64,000 nucleotides of DNA from Octopus sinensis (GCF_006345805.1 NC_042999.1:75950001-76014000); one strand, 5' to 3'; shown: positions 12,119 through 25,560, counted from the first letter of the stretch. Notes: a model not told the origin generated them from the letters alone. A program made the numbers and translations.

Positions 12119-13639
12119 ACTACTAAGTAACTGCTGCAGGACATTTTTCCGATGATCTACCGAATTCGCTATTAGATGTTTATTATCTTTCAACAGTCAT
12201 AATAATAATCTTTTCTACTACTTGGCCACAAAACCCGAAAATTTGTTGGAGGGGTAAGCTGATTACATCGATCCAAATATGCTCAATAGGTACTTATTCT
12301 ATTGACCCTGAAAAAGCGAAAGAAAAAGTCAACCTCGGCGGTATTTGAACTCAAAACGTAGACAGACGAAATGCCGTTAAGTATTTTATCTGGCGTGCCT
12401 ACGATTCTGTCCGCTCACCGCGTTAACAGTTATAATAATAATCCTTTCTACAAAGGGAATTTGAGGGGAGAAGAATAGTCGATCCCATCGATCCCAGTAC
12501 TTTACTGGTACTCCTTTTCTCGACTCCGAAAGGGTGAAAGACAACGTCGATCTCAGTGGAATTTAAATTTTATACAAATTTGAACTTACTTTATCGACTT
12601 CGAAAGCGTGAAAGGCAAAGTCGACCTCGGCGGAATTTGAACTCCGAACGTAAAGACGAACGAAATGCCACTAAGCATTTTGCCTGGCGCGCTGACGATT
12701 CTGCTAGCTCGTCGCCTTAACATTTATAATAATAATTTCTTACATAGAGACGAGGCCAGGAATTTAGTGGTGGTAAGCAGTCAAATACACTCATTTCATT
12801 CCTTGACTGGTATTGTATTTCACTGAGTCGGGAAGGATGTAGGACTAAGTCGACCTTCACAGAAATTGAACTTAGAACGGAAAGAACTGAACGATGCGGC
12901 AAGGCATTCTGATCGACATTTAAACGATCCTTCCAATCCACTGCAAACGCTGTGGATTGTTTTTAATATAGGCTAATGACATGGTATATTTTTAGCGGGA
13001 GAGGATTGTCAATTAAATTGATCCTAACACTTTACAGCACTTTATTTTATCGACCTCAGAGGAATGAAAGGCAAAGTTAACCTCAGTGGAATTTGAACTT
13101 GGAATGTAAATCATCTTAACCCAATACCACAGAGCATTTAATCTAACGCTCTATCATTTATTATTATTTTTTTGTTTTTGTTTTGCAATCGTGTTTCTCG
13201 TTATCGTGTGAAAAATTATCAGAAGAGCTTTTCACAGTTGAATATTGACATAGTCTTTTATTTTCAATTTGATTTTTCAAATAATTGTTTGCACAAAAAA
13301 ATAAAATTGTCGATTTGTACAGGTTGTTTGGATATTTTCCATAAAGGATTTTCTAACAAAACTGTTTGTAATCAGTTAATAAATTGATGCTAGTAATCTG
13401 TCTCAGCAAGAGATCGAATATTATCGACGATTATTTGGCGCTATTGGTTGATCGATTATTTCCGTGAATCAAATGATTTTTGCAATCTCTTGAAACGGAT
13501 GATCGAAGTGGTATTGTCAATTTATAGCGCATATTACAGGTATTTCGTTGGAAGTATGGTAGGATGAATGTATTGATGTTTGTGTACTAGCAGTGATTAA
13601 AAATCTAAAGAAGTCTGGAAAACAGGAAATCCGAGGTGA

Positions 13640-14620
13640 AAGTTCACTCCTAACCTCATCTGTACACCACCATTGCCCTGCAATGATCACTACAACTATA
13701 GCCGCTATTACAAGGACCAGTAATACCGCGTTGCATATTAACTCTAATACTTGCTGCATCACAATCAACTACAACACCACAAACACCAATTGAAGGGCAG
13801 TCAAAATTAACATTAGTACTGTGGCTTTTTATGGCCATCAACATCATCCATAACCTCCGCTACTCCCTCTGATACCACCATTATCACTACTATCACAACT
13901 TCAAATATCACCATCACATCACCAATCACTATCATAACCACACCACTAACCATCACAAAAACCAGAGCCACAAACAAAATCCCCAATTCTCTCAGCTAAT
14001 GTTCAATAAAAACGAGTTTAACCGTAATTACTTTTACCACACACAGGAGTCACTAAGCGGTCGTTAGACATAGCAGAAATAACAGTCGAATCCCACCCTA
14101 CCATATTGAAATCGGAAACACAGACTGGACAATGTATGTGGTATATTTTACTGAAAAAAGTGTTTGCCACCATCATTACGTTCACCACTATCATTATCTA
14201 ACCCTCCAACATATCCTCTCTTACGTCTCTATTATCACTATAGGCATCAAGAACAACATAACTCTACAAATATACCACCGATACAATCAATATCACTATC
14301 AGCATTACCAGCAAGATTCAACGTCCTTCCTCACCGTAACTGTCGAGAAAGTTCCCCGTCATCATTCCACTTTATTACTAAAAACGCTGCAAGACTCACA
14401 CTCATCAGCACATAACAATCGCCACTATTATCCACTTTCATTATCATTGCTGTTGATGCTGCTGCTGGCGGCACTACTACTACTACTACTACTATTACCA
14501 TTATAAACGTTCGCATCACTACACTCACTGCGAACGTCACTATTGCTAACATCAGCGTTATCTTTACTGTCATTATTAACACAAACACCACCACCAACAA
14601 CTCCGAAATTACTATTAACT
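13640..14620. repeat. Decayed CAN-type trinucleotide low-complexity tract
   Basis: Dense imperfect cat/cac/acc/act runs. The overlapping Thr/Ile/His-rich ORFs on both strands are by-products. Confidence 0.6.
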
Positions 14621-15400
14621 GCAGTCCTGAATTATTCTCTATCCGGACAACGAATAACACAGTAAAACTACACATGCAACTTCTGAATTTTAAAATCCTA
14701 TCAATTATGTAAATTTTCCATCATGATATATTGATGAATTGCGAAGAAAATGTCAAATGTCAATCTACATTTTAAAGATCACTGCTTTAGAATTGTAACA
14801 AAGGGAAAGCAAACTACATTTATCTTTGTGCCGAGTTTATTATGAGGTTGGCATTTTCATAACGCAGTTTTATAGGACGTACGACGATCGATAAATAATA
14901 AATGGTATGGAAACCAATTACAGATATAATGTGCTATATGCAGTGGAAGATTTAAATTTTAAATGGCTGCTATAGATGGATAATTTGAAAATCTATGGTC
15001 GATGTTCAGTTTTCCTCGATGTATGAATACAGCACTGGCATTTTTGGATAAAGAAACACGTATAAATACCTCAGTCAATCAATCACACAACCTATCAATC
15101 AATCAATCTATCTATCTAATTATTTATCTATCTATCTATCCATCTATCTACCCAAATATACATACACACACATTTATCTGTAAATTATATATATTTTACA
15201 GGTATGTTGGTCCAAACAAGAAAAATAGAAATCAAAAAATGAGTTTACGTATATTTTTATTAATATTTATTATTACCATTATACAAACATATTTATATGT
15301 ATGTGTGTGTGTGTTATGTAAGTAGATATATTTATGTGTGAGTGTACGTGTACGCGTGTGTATGCACACACGAGCATCTGTGTATAAATATGCGTGCGGC

Positions 15401-15477
<77 letters not shown>

Positions 15478-15480
<3 letters not shown>

Positions 15481-16272
15481 GGAAATTCTGTCTGTGGGTG
15501 TGTTTGTGGACTTGTTAGCTAACTCCCCTTACATCGTGTTATCGATTTTGATGAAACTTGACACATGAGTAGATCTCATGTCTGGAAACCTCATGGCATA
15601 CTCATACCATAATAGGGCCTCTGGAAAGGATCCTTTTAATAGTCAAGAGAAATAACCCATTCATTTTCCTAAATTGTTTGGTAAAAATGAAATTGTTTAT
15701 GCTTATTTCTTAGTATTTGAACTGTTAGGTATTTTCGCAATTTATCCAGTACAACCCTTAAACAAGTAAATTCTATTTTCTTAAACAACATATCCATTTA
15801 TTTCGGTTATTGACTAATTCACGTACATACCAACACTAGCGCCCCTGAGGGTAATATTCTCTGGGAACGCACAAAAGCCTTTTTCAGAGTTATTTACTTT
15901 GAATTGTTATTATCTAATATCTTATTAGCCTGTTATTACGTAACATGCTTCACGATTTTAATATACATACCTTGTTAGTATTTCCGCCTATGTTCTATAT
16001 ACTCTGGGAACACATAAGAGCCTTTTCGGGGCTACTTTATTTGAATTCTTACTATCGGGTAACTAATTTCATGTTATTACATAACTGACTTTATAACTTG
16101 TATATTCAAAATTTATTGGGAATTCCTAAAAACAAGATCCCGTGTAAGACATTTCGGTTTTCTCTGTAAATTCACAGTTAGTATTGTTGTTATTGGATTA
16201 GCGAAACAGTTATGAGTACGGAACCAAGGGATAAGCCCTGCTTTCCCGGGAATTATCAATACGTCAGCTAGT
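15478..16272 (+). mobile_element. Possible non-autonomous Helitron/Helentron (HINE-like) element
   Basis: atcgattttgatgaaacttgacac motif near the 5' end, an internal degenerate ~145-bp duplication (15857-15945 vs 16001-16085), and a 3' end cccggg...gtcagCTAGt typical of rolling-circle elements. Confidence 0.35.
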
Positions 16273-16322
16273 ATATAAATATATATATATATATATATAT
16301 GTGCGTGTGTGTGTGTGTATAT

Positions 16323-16648
16323 ATATGTGGCTGTGTGGTAAGTAGTTTGTTTACCCAACCACATGGTACAGGGTTCAGTCCCACTGCGTGGCACCTTGGG
16401 CAAGTGTCTTCTACTATAGCTTCGGGCCGACCAAAACCTTGTGAGTGGATTTGGTAGACGGAAACTGAAGGAAGCCCGTCGTATATATGTATATATATAT
16501 ATATATATCGAGCAACTCGACCCTGGGACTTATTCTTTTGTAAGCCCAGTACTGGGCTTACAAAAGAATAAGTCCCAGGGTCGAGTTGCTCGATTAAAAA
16601 GGCGGTGCTCCAGCATGGCCGCAGTCAAATAACTGAAACAAGTAAAAG

Positions 16649-16650
<2 letters not shown>
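16323..16650 (+). mobile_element. tRNA-derived SINE family 3 (gtggctgtgtggtaagtag... type) carrying a foldback inversion
   Basis: Head tggctgtgtggtaagtagtttg...gggttcagtcccactgcgtggcacc; tail ggcggtgctccagcatggccgcagtc. Confidence 0.85.
16507..16594. repeat. Perfect 88-bp palindrome made from SINE sequence
   Basis: atcgagcaactcgaccctgggacttattcttttgtaagcccagt|actgggcttacaaaagaataagtcccagggtcgagttgctcgat, centred at 16550/16551. Confidence 0.95.
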
Positions 16651-16687
<37 letters not shown>

Positions 16688-17160
16688 GTGTGTGTGTGTG
16701 TGTGTGTATGCGTGTTCGAACGTTGATACTTAAAGGCCAGCTGAAGACAATCGCATGTATAACTAACCATAAAGAACAAATCAGCAGTACAAAGAAATAA
16801 AATGCCAATCCCTTTAAAACGGCAACTACGTAACTACCAGAATTACCATCCCACTATATCTACACATTCAAAGCAGTCTGCCAACGGCCCATCCACAACG
16901 AAACACCCTGATAAGCTAAGTGACTACTATTAAATTCCGGCTCCGATAGACAGGATGTCCTTGAAGCCGAGCGTTTTAAACTTACGGAGACAATATTTAC
17001 ATATCGACTGAGGAAACACAACTAGATCTCATAATGCAGGGAAATGGTTGCATAATCAAGTACCAGCACACCTGGAGAACTACGTTGTGTCGAAGCAGTT
17101 GTAGTGGTAAAAAATAAATGTCCAACCGTACCCCTTCTTGATGACTTCAAATTTTTCAAT

Positions 17161-17226
<66 letters not shown>

Positions 17227-18110
17227 GAAGAGTGAAAGGGCTATCAATAGAGATTACGAAATAAGTACCAGAGAAAAAATATTGGGCATGATATGATACT
17301 ACGAAAAATATTCAAGGCGTCGCTCTAGCATGGCCGTAATCTGATGACTTAAACAAATAAAAATACTAAAGAGAATGTGCGCTTGGTGTTGATATGAGTG
17401 AAACATTGTGAGATATTAGCTTAAGTGGAACATTAAAAACACAGTTTTGTACTTGTTTGTAAATTATTAACAATGTTTGTATTTCTTTACTATTTGATTA
17501 TTTTTATGCGGAGCAGCAAAGTTCCTATGTGCATGGAAGTTTTTAGTCCATTAATGCGTGCTGCAACCGTTTTATTGTAGGAAGGAAACATGGAAATGAT
17601 GTTATGTTAATGATGGTATCATTAGCGTCGAATTTGAAAATTTTAACAGTGAACTCCAGGATTATGTCAACGATCAGGAAGTGGCCTTTATTTGTTATTA
17701 GGATACGCTATCTGTAAGTTAATTTCTAAGTTGTGTTCAGTTATTAATAAAGTTTCCGTGATTAATATTTTAAGTGATGTTTGGAAATATTACAAAATGT
17801 GATTGAGATATCGGTTAACGATTTTTTTCTATTTAATCTTTTTTTGTTTGTCTAATGTAATATGTTCTGATGGTTTTTTGGGGGATAAAATGCGTAGCGA
17901 TAAAGCTAACAAAATATAAAGGGCAACCAGGGGAAATAGGAGAAGCCTTGATTAAAAGAATAAACTTAAACACAGTCTTTTAATACAATACATACACACA
18001 TAAAAATATTTATACAACATATCTCCATCGTGCGTGCGTATGTGTGAGTGTGCGTGTGTGTTTTTGTTTATTTGTGTTTTTCTATTTGTATATATATATA
18101 TATATTCAAA

Positions 18111-18472
18111 AGGCGCAGGAGTGGCTGTGTGGTAAGTAGCTTGCTTACCAACCACATGGTTCCGGGTTCAGTCCCGCTGCGTAGCACCTTGGGTAAGTGC
18201 CTTCTACTATAGCCTCGGGCCTACCAAAGCCTTGTGAGGGGATTTGGAAACTGAAAAGAAGCCCGTCATATATATATGTATGTGTGTGTTTGTCCCCCCA
18301 CCCACCATCGCTTGACAACCGATGCTGATGTGTAAACGTCAGCAAAAGAGACCGATAGAATAAGTACTAGGCTTACAAAGAATAAGTCCTGGGGTTGATT
18401 TGCTCGACTAAAAAGGCGGGGCTCCAGCATGGCTGCAGTCAAATGACTGAAACAAGTAAAAGAGTAAAGAGT
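18111..18472 (+). mobile_element. tRNA-derived SINE family 3, near full length
   Basis: aggcgcaggagtggctgtgtggtaagtagc head, internal microsatellite, and tail ...ctccagcatggctgcagtcaaatgactgaaacaagtaaaag. Confidence 0.85.
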
Positions 18473-18479
18473 ATATTGG

Positions 18480-18682
18480 TTTCAAATTTGGCACAAACCT
18501 AACAATTTCGGGGGTCGGGTAAGTGGATTACATCGACTCCAGTGCTCATCTGGTACTTACTTTATCGACCTCGAAAGGCTGAACTGCAAAGTCGACCTCG
18601 GCGAAATTTGAACTCCGAACGTAAAGACGGACGAAATGCCTCTGAGCATTTTGCCGGCGTGCTAATGATTGTGCTAGCTCAC
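18480..18682 (-). mobile_element. SINE family 2 copy
   Basis: Collinear with the copies in the 9.9-13.2 kb array. Confidence 0.75.
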
Positions 18683-18923
18683 CTTATACACACACACACA
18701 CACGGGCGTGTACGATTGTGTATAAAAGAATATATTACTGAAAGAAATTCTGTCTGATTTTTACGTTTTATTTACAATCTTATAATAACATAATATAGGA
18801 TAATACAATATGATAGAATATTAAATGCCCATTGTGAATGAACTAGTACTTTCGTGCATTAAACTATGCAATCTTCAGGTTCATTTAGTAGTGATGACAG
18901 TTATGTTTAACAATTTACAACTA

Positions 18924-18961
<38 letters not shown>

Positions 18962-18965
<4 letters not shown>

Positions 18966-20300
18966 ACTTACACACACATTCTACATACACACGATATGTT
19001 AAACTTTTACAAGAGAAAGATTTACAGTGACTTGAAAGTTTCAGTTTGCTTCTCATTTTGAGACTGTACTATATATTTGCATTCCTTTTGGCTCTATATA
19101 CTCTTTGGCAAGTTCATATTTTGTGTATGTCGTATGATATAGTGTGATATTATATGCTGTATTTTGAACGCAACATATCTATGACAGGTTTTTATCTCAG
19201 CCAAAGCAATTGGCTCATACTTATTATGTGTGTGTGTGTAAAGCATGATACACTAAAGTTGTTTATGATTTAAAACTGTTCCAATTACGCACTTCAAGTA
19301 TATATTAGCATAGCAAAACGTTATGCAATGTATTATTCTCGGTTCGGCAAATATCAGTAACGGATTTCGTGTAGGCATCTGAATAAAGGATACACTATTT
19401 TCACAAGCCTCCAAGTAGGATGAAACGCACATGGTTTTCTACTGCGGGGATCTTTGAGTCTTTCCTATATATATTGTGTTTGTAACAGATGTAAATGCCG
19501 ATGTATTCTTTCAGTCAAAAACCACAGTACCATGCCTGTCAAAGATGTATATATGTTAATTATGATATACATATTAGATATATAGTTTAATGCAGTTTCA
19601 ATTGCGTACACCGGTTATATATATATATATTATATATATATATATAAAGACTTACACACACATTCTACATACACACGATATGTTAAACTTTTACAAGAGA
19701 AAGATTTACAGTGACTTGAAAGTTTCAGTTTGCTTCTCATTTTGAGACTGTACTATATATTTGCATTCCTTTTGGCTCTATATACTCTTTGGCAAGTTCA
19801 TATTTTGTGTATGTCGTATGATATAGTGTGATATTATATGCTGTATTTTGAACGCAACATATCTATGACAGGTTTTTATCTCAGCCAAAGCAATTGGCTC
19901 ATACTTATTATGTGTGTGTGTGTAAAGCATGATACACTAAAGTTGTTTATGATTTAAAACTGTTCCAATTACGCACTTCAAGTATATATTAGCATAGCAA
20001 AACGTTATGCAATGTATTATTCTCGGTTCGGCAAATATCAGTAACGGATTTCGTGTAGGCATCTGAATAAAGGATACACTATTTTCACAAGCCTCCAAGT
20101 AGGATGAAACGCACATGGTTTTCTACTGCGGGGATCTTTGAGTCTTTCCTATATATATTGTGTTTGTAACAGATGTAAATGCCGATGTATTCTTTCAGTC
20201 AAAAACCACAGTACCATGCCTGTCAAAGATGTATATATGTTAATTATGATATACATATTAGATATATAGTTTAATGCAGTTTCAATTGCGTACACCGGTT
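18962..20300. repeat. Tandem duplication, period 684 bp (18962-19616 and 19646-20300), bounded by (TA)n
   Basis: aaagacttacacacacattc...gcgtacaccggtt occurs twice; no differences were noticed on reading. Confidence 0.95.
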
Positions 20301-20337
20301 ATATATATATATATTTATATGTGTGTGTGTGTGTAAG

Positions 20338-20645
20338 TGCAGGCGTGGCTATGTGGTAAGAAGTTTACTTCCCAACCACATAGTTCTAGACTCAGTCCCG
20401 CTGCGTGGCACCTTGGGCAAGTGTTTTTGTACTATAGCCTCGGGCCGACAATCGTTCGTAGATTTGGCAAGCAGAAATTCAAAGCTCGTCGTATATAAAT
20501 ATATATATCGAACAGACATACAAAAGAATTCGATAGAATAAGTACCGGATTTCACAAAATTAAGTAGTGCGGTCCATTCAATCAACTAAAAATTCTTGAA
20601 TGTGGAACCCCAGCATGCCTGCTGTCTAATGACTGAAACAAGAAT
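20338..20645 (+). mobile_element. SINE family 3 copy, diverged
   Basis: caggcgtggctatgtggtaagaag head; cagcatgcc...gactgaaacaag tail. Confidence 0.75.
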
Positions 20646-21112
20646 GATATATACAATATATACATATATATATATATCATTGCCACTAAATATGAATAGG
20701 GTGTTAGAACACCTACATTGCTAAAAAAAGGTATTTTTTTGCACAGATGTCGCTGTAACAACATGTTACAGCTTGAGATATTCTCGTGCGTATATCCTTT
20801 ATAACAGAATGGTATTGTTATCTAATGTTGTTTTCATTGCGCAAATAAAGTTTATTCTAACCTGGTTAGCCTTCGCACAACTCAATAATTGTCTTGTTTT
20901 TCTACAAGCTAAATATGTCTGTAGCATACGTCCCCGAAAAGACTAGATCACGCCGAAACACAGTGTGTAAATATCCACTGGTATTCTGAGCGAAGAAGTG
21001 AGTTCTATTTTCTACGAGTCTCTTTGAGGAGATTTTCTGACCCAGAATGTAACAGTTTGTGCCGTTGCTTGTCTATATAGTATAAAAGATATAAGAATTG
21101 GTATTTTAACTA

Positions 21113-21203
<91 letters not shown>

Positions 21204-21206
21204 TTA

Positions 21207-22423
21207 CAGGAGTTGGACAAAATAATGGAAACGCCTTAAAATTTCAAACAAATTTATTTTAATATGGGGTAGAACCGCATTTGGCAGTAATTACAGCTTG
21301 AATTCTACGAGGTATGGACTCGTACAAAATTTGAATTGCTTCACAGTCCCCAGTTCTTGTAGTGATGATGGTCGAGGATATGACTTCTTACTTGTTTTTC
21401 TAAAATGTTCAATAATATTGATATCTGGGGACTGTGGTGGCCAGATAAGATGTTCAACTTCACTAGAATGTTCATAATGCCATTCAGTAACATTATTTGT
21501 TGTGTGAATTGGTGCATTATCATCCTGGAAGATTGTGTTTCCCTCAAGAAACTATAGGATGAATTTCATGAGATAAAATGCTTAAATAGTCTTGACTATT
21601 AATTCTAGCATAAAGGGAAACCATTGGGTCGGCGGATTTCCGAGATATAGTCGCCAGATCATCACAGATCCTCCTTGATGTTTAACAGTTGGAAGAAAGC
21701 AGTCTGGGTCAAATGCTTCTTTTGGCTGTCTCTACGCGTATACTCGGCCGGTGGTCGGAAATAAGGTAAAGAATGATTCGTCCTAGAAAATAACAATCTT
21801 CCACTGCTCTGGGGATCAATTCTGTAGATTTTACTCCACTCTAAATGCTTTGCAACTTTTGTTTTTGAAAGTAGTGGTTTTCTGATTGCAACCCTCCCGT
21901 GAAATCCGGCTTTGTGCGGCTCCCGGCGAACAGTTTTTGTGGAAACTGGGTTCTCGAGGTGGTCATTAAGCTCTGCAATAATTTCGGGAGCTGTCTTTTG
22001 TGATCCTTTCTAACAATTCGCGTAAGAGTCCGACGGTCCCTATCTTAAAGTTTTGATTTTCTTCTGGAGTTTTGTTTCGACTGGGAGATTTTTATCCTTT
22101 TCCTCAAAGGCTGTCATTACGTTTGGGACAGTACTTCTTGATACACCAAACATTTTGGGTGTTTTCGTTACGCTAGCACCTGCCATACAAGCACCAACAA
22201 TTTGACCTCTTTGAAAATCCGATAGATCTGTCATTTTAATGAATTTTAATTACCTCTTTCTTATGATATCCGAAAAGAAACAGCAATTTTAGAAAAATAT
22301 ATTAAGTAATACTAATAATAAATCAAAAAACATAAAAATAAACAAGCTTTTGACAGTTTTATAGATATTTCAAAATTATGATACTATGATGCTAGATGTT
22401 TCAATTATTTTATCCAACCACTA
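21207..22423 (-). mobile_element. Tc1-family DNA transposon, full length with ~26-bp TIRs, transposase inactivated
   Basis: TIRs caggagttggacaaaataatggaaac and gtttcaattattttatccaaccacta, flanked by TA. The transposase remnant at 21259-22234 runs from MTDLSDFQRGQIVG...FGVSRSTV to LYESIPRRIQAVITAKCGSTPY*, with many stops and frameshifts. Confidence 0.9.
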
Positions 22424-22437
22424 TACATACATATATA

Positions 22438-22487
<50 letters not shown>

Positions 22488-23864
22488 GATATATAGCGGG
22501 GTAAGTGAGTGTGTGTTTGTATGCCTAAGGGAGGAATGTAAAGAGAAAGAAAGCAGCTGATAGAGAAACATATGATGTGATAAATAACTATTTCATTGAC
22601 ATTTGATCAGAAATAATTGTAGTGGATTAGGAAATGTGTATTCATTAGTTTTTCATGATAATTTAACGCAATTACTGAAATAGCTATTCCCACAAAACAA
22701 ACATGTGTCGATGAATCAATTCGCTGTGGGCTAAAGTATTATATTCAGATTTACATATATTCATTCTGAAACAGATTATAATTCGCTTTCGGAAGTAAAG
22801 GAATTTACAGTCACATAATAGAATAAATCTCCGGCAAGACAGATGCTGGTTTGAACTTAGCCAGATAGCATTTCACTAATGTGAAGTATTTCTCATGCGA
22901 AGAAACATTTACGTTTGTTGAACAGTCCAGATTGATGAGCTAAAAGAAATAATTGTCATTATTCACTCATCTGTTATCAATTCCTTTCATTGTATCCTGT
23001 GATTCTCATAGTTATGCCAACAATGCATAACTTTAAAGAAGTTAACTTTATTTAAATTCATTAATGATACATATAGAGGAACCATTTAGATATAAATACC
23101 GAATCACGTTTGAGCCACTCAACATATATTTAATTTTAGATTTTAACGTTAGTCATGTGCTTATCATTAAATATTATTAATTAACTCTACTCCTGATAAA
23201 GAAAAAGAAAAAGAAAACAAATTATCAGAGAAGACGAAACAAATACATACTGTAACAAACCTCCTGCTTAGACAGAAAAATATATGCTGGAAAATGGTCT
23301 CAGTTGTGATTATTGTGAGGTGAAGGCTGAAATAGATATTATTAGTTTTGATGTAGTCATGTTCATACCTTTTCTGGTATTATTGAACAGAATCTATACA
23401 AACACTTTACATTCATCATTCAGGTATTTGGATAGTGACTATGTCACGATTAGTAGGTAACGGTCCACCAATTTTTTTGTTTAACAAAGCGTGAAGATAT
23501 TTCTTTAAGATATGACAGAAAGGCAAAATTAAGCTGGAGCCTTGATTACTTTCTTCTTTTTTTTCGTTCAGACTTGCATTCCTGCGTCTGCTATTTGATA
23601 TTCTATATCAATGTATACAAAGACATACATTCATTCATTCACACAAACTTTGTTTGCCTGTCTGTTAGTTTGTATACATATACATTCATCTGTACGTGCA
23701 AGTATATCACAGACAAAAACTTTATATCACTGATTTAGTATTCATATAAAAAATAATTATAGTGTATTCTTCCAAACTTCCGATCACGTTTAGCTAACTT
23801 GCAGTATTATTCAGTAATGATCACACCCCCCGAACACACACACACCACACACACACACACACAC

Positions 23865-23950
<86 letters not shown>

Positions 23951-24059
23951 CTAATATAAATATACATATACATATATATATATACATGTACATACGTATA
24001 TATACATATATATATATATATACATGGATATACGTATATATACATATACATACACATAT

Positions 24060-24136
<77 letters not shown>

Positions 24137-24174
24137 TAGATAGATATATGTATATAGATATACATACATCTATA

Positions 24175-24208
<34 letters not shown>

Positions 24209-24758
24209 GCAGTCTGTAAATTTTGCTTTTCACTGACATTGAAAGTAATTCTACTGTAAGAGGAGTGTCCGTTAATTAAAAGTGGCACTGTACAGTATAT
24301 CACTTTAAGAAAAATAATGCAGATTTCCGGCTCTCTCCACACTCGTGCAGCTGTACATGATTGGAAATATACTGTGAAGTATCACCACGTCAGCTATAAG
24401 ATGCCAGCTCTTTCATCAACATGACAAGACTCGTAAGCGAATGGAAATCAAAACAGAAAGTTAAGTCTCTGAACAATATATCTTATTTTCTTTTCTGTTT
24501 CTTTAATTTTTTCTTTATTAGATAAATATATGTTTTGCAGTGAGCTCAAATATTTTGCAGTTAGCTCAATATAGCGTTTGTTTTAAAGATAGTGCTGTTA
24601 ACTTCCCATCCCTCGTTTCTTAGCCAGTCGTATAGGCACCATGTATACCACAAGAAGAAAAGAAACCGTGTCCATTATTGTTCCCAAGAAAGAAAAAAAA
24701 TCTTGATGTTTAATCTAGCAAATTAACAAAAACTTAACGAAAGAATGATAATAACTCA

Positions 24759-24870
24759 AAGTGTAGCTGTGTGGTTAAGAAGCTTGCTTGCAACCATGTG
24801 ATTTCGAGTTCAATCCTACAACAGAACACATCCGACAGGTGACTTCTACTATATCAGCAACCGACCAATT
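24759..24870 (+). mobile_element. SINE family 3, 5' fragment
   Basis: gtgtagctgtgtggttaagaagcttgcttgcaaccatgtgatttcgagttcaatcc. Confidence 0.65.
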
Positions 24871-25029
24871 CAATGTATATACTTATAAACAGATCTATTT
24901 TTGTTGTATTTTGGGAGGTTCATTATGCCAATAAGAAACATACAGGTTCAATTTCATTTATTTATTATCAGTCAACTAATGCTATCATAAGTTTAAATAC
25001 TGAAGTGGTTTTTCTAAGAATAATATATT

Positions 25030-25560
25030 TCTTCTGAATGTTGTTTTTGTAGCGTTCACATATTATTGATCTTACTTCAGATCGCTTTGAATTTAACCTG
25101 TTTAGGTCTCCTTGTTAACACTGTATTAGCATAAATTTTCGGATATTTGGGTTTGACTTGTATTTTGTATCTCTTTTCGACATCTAAACATGCTGGCACA
25201 ATAGAAACGAGCGTCGGTAATGTATGGTGTAATCATCAATTAAAGATGTGATATTCTCCATTTTTATCCATGTTGCTATATACCCTCGATTTCTTGAAAT
25301 TATCGTGGGCTATATTTGGATTTACTTACTATAAATGAGGAATTGTATCATATAAACCCGAGGCATGTTCTTTACCGCCTCGTTTTTATATGTTAATCTA
25401 GGCTTCCTGCTGATGAGAGCTTCGCCAATTGTAAATTATTATATTTACAAAAGATTGCTTGAAAATATGCATAGTCCGACAAACGTTTTGCGCAACTTCC
25501 GTCTAAGATAATATCCTAATAACTATTAGACAACCGGAGGCTATAATAGATGATAACTTG
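25030..25560 (-). mobile_element. Possible highly decayed PLE GIY-YIG fragment
   Basis: Scattered peptides ILDGSCAK, WRI...PY and LNSKRSEVRSIIC loosely resemble PLE endonuclease motifs (PLDGKCL, W.I...PY, LLNKRSELISKC) in the right order. Confidence 0.3.

Larger units (their letters stand above)
9920..13150 (-). mobile_element. Head-to-tail array of about 10 SINE family 2 copies, interrupted by a family 1 SINE and a MITE
   Basis: Units of about 200-230 bp repeat (tail taataat...; tcgaccccgaaagg.tgaaaggcaaagtcgacctcggcggaatttgaactc; head ...gccagctcgcc). Unit starts are near 9920, 10130, 10355, 10600, 10810, 11400, 12200, 12430, 12730 and 12960. Confidence 0.8.

Noticed and set aside
9920-13150. 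Regularly spaced repeats superficially like a CRISPR array
   Set aside because: The units are ~200-bp diverged SINEs in a eukaryotic context, with no short repeat-spacer structure or cas genes.
17582-17713. Protein-like frame KETWK*CYVNDG...FICY* whose stops might be recoded by A-to-I editing
   Set aside because: Requires editing of two stops with no supporting evidence, and no homology was recognised.
25400-25490. CTGATGA...GAAA on the plus strand
   Set aside because: A weak stem II is possible, but there is no stem III/NUH and no stem I partner.
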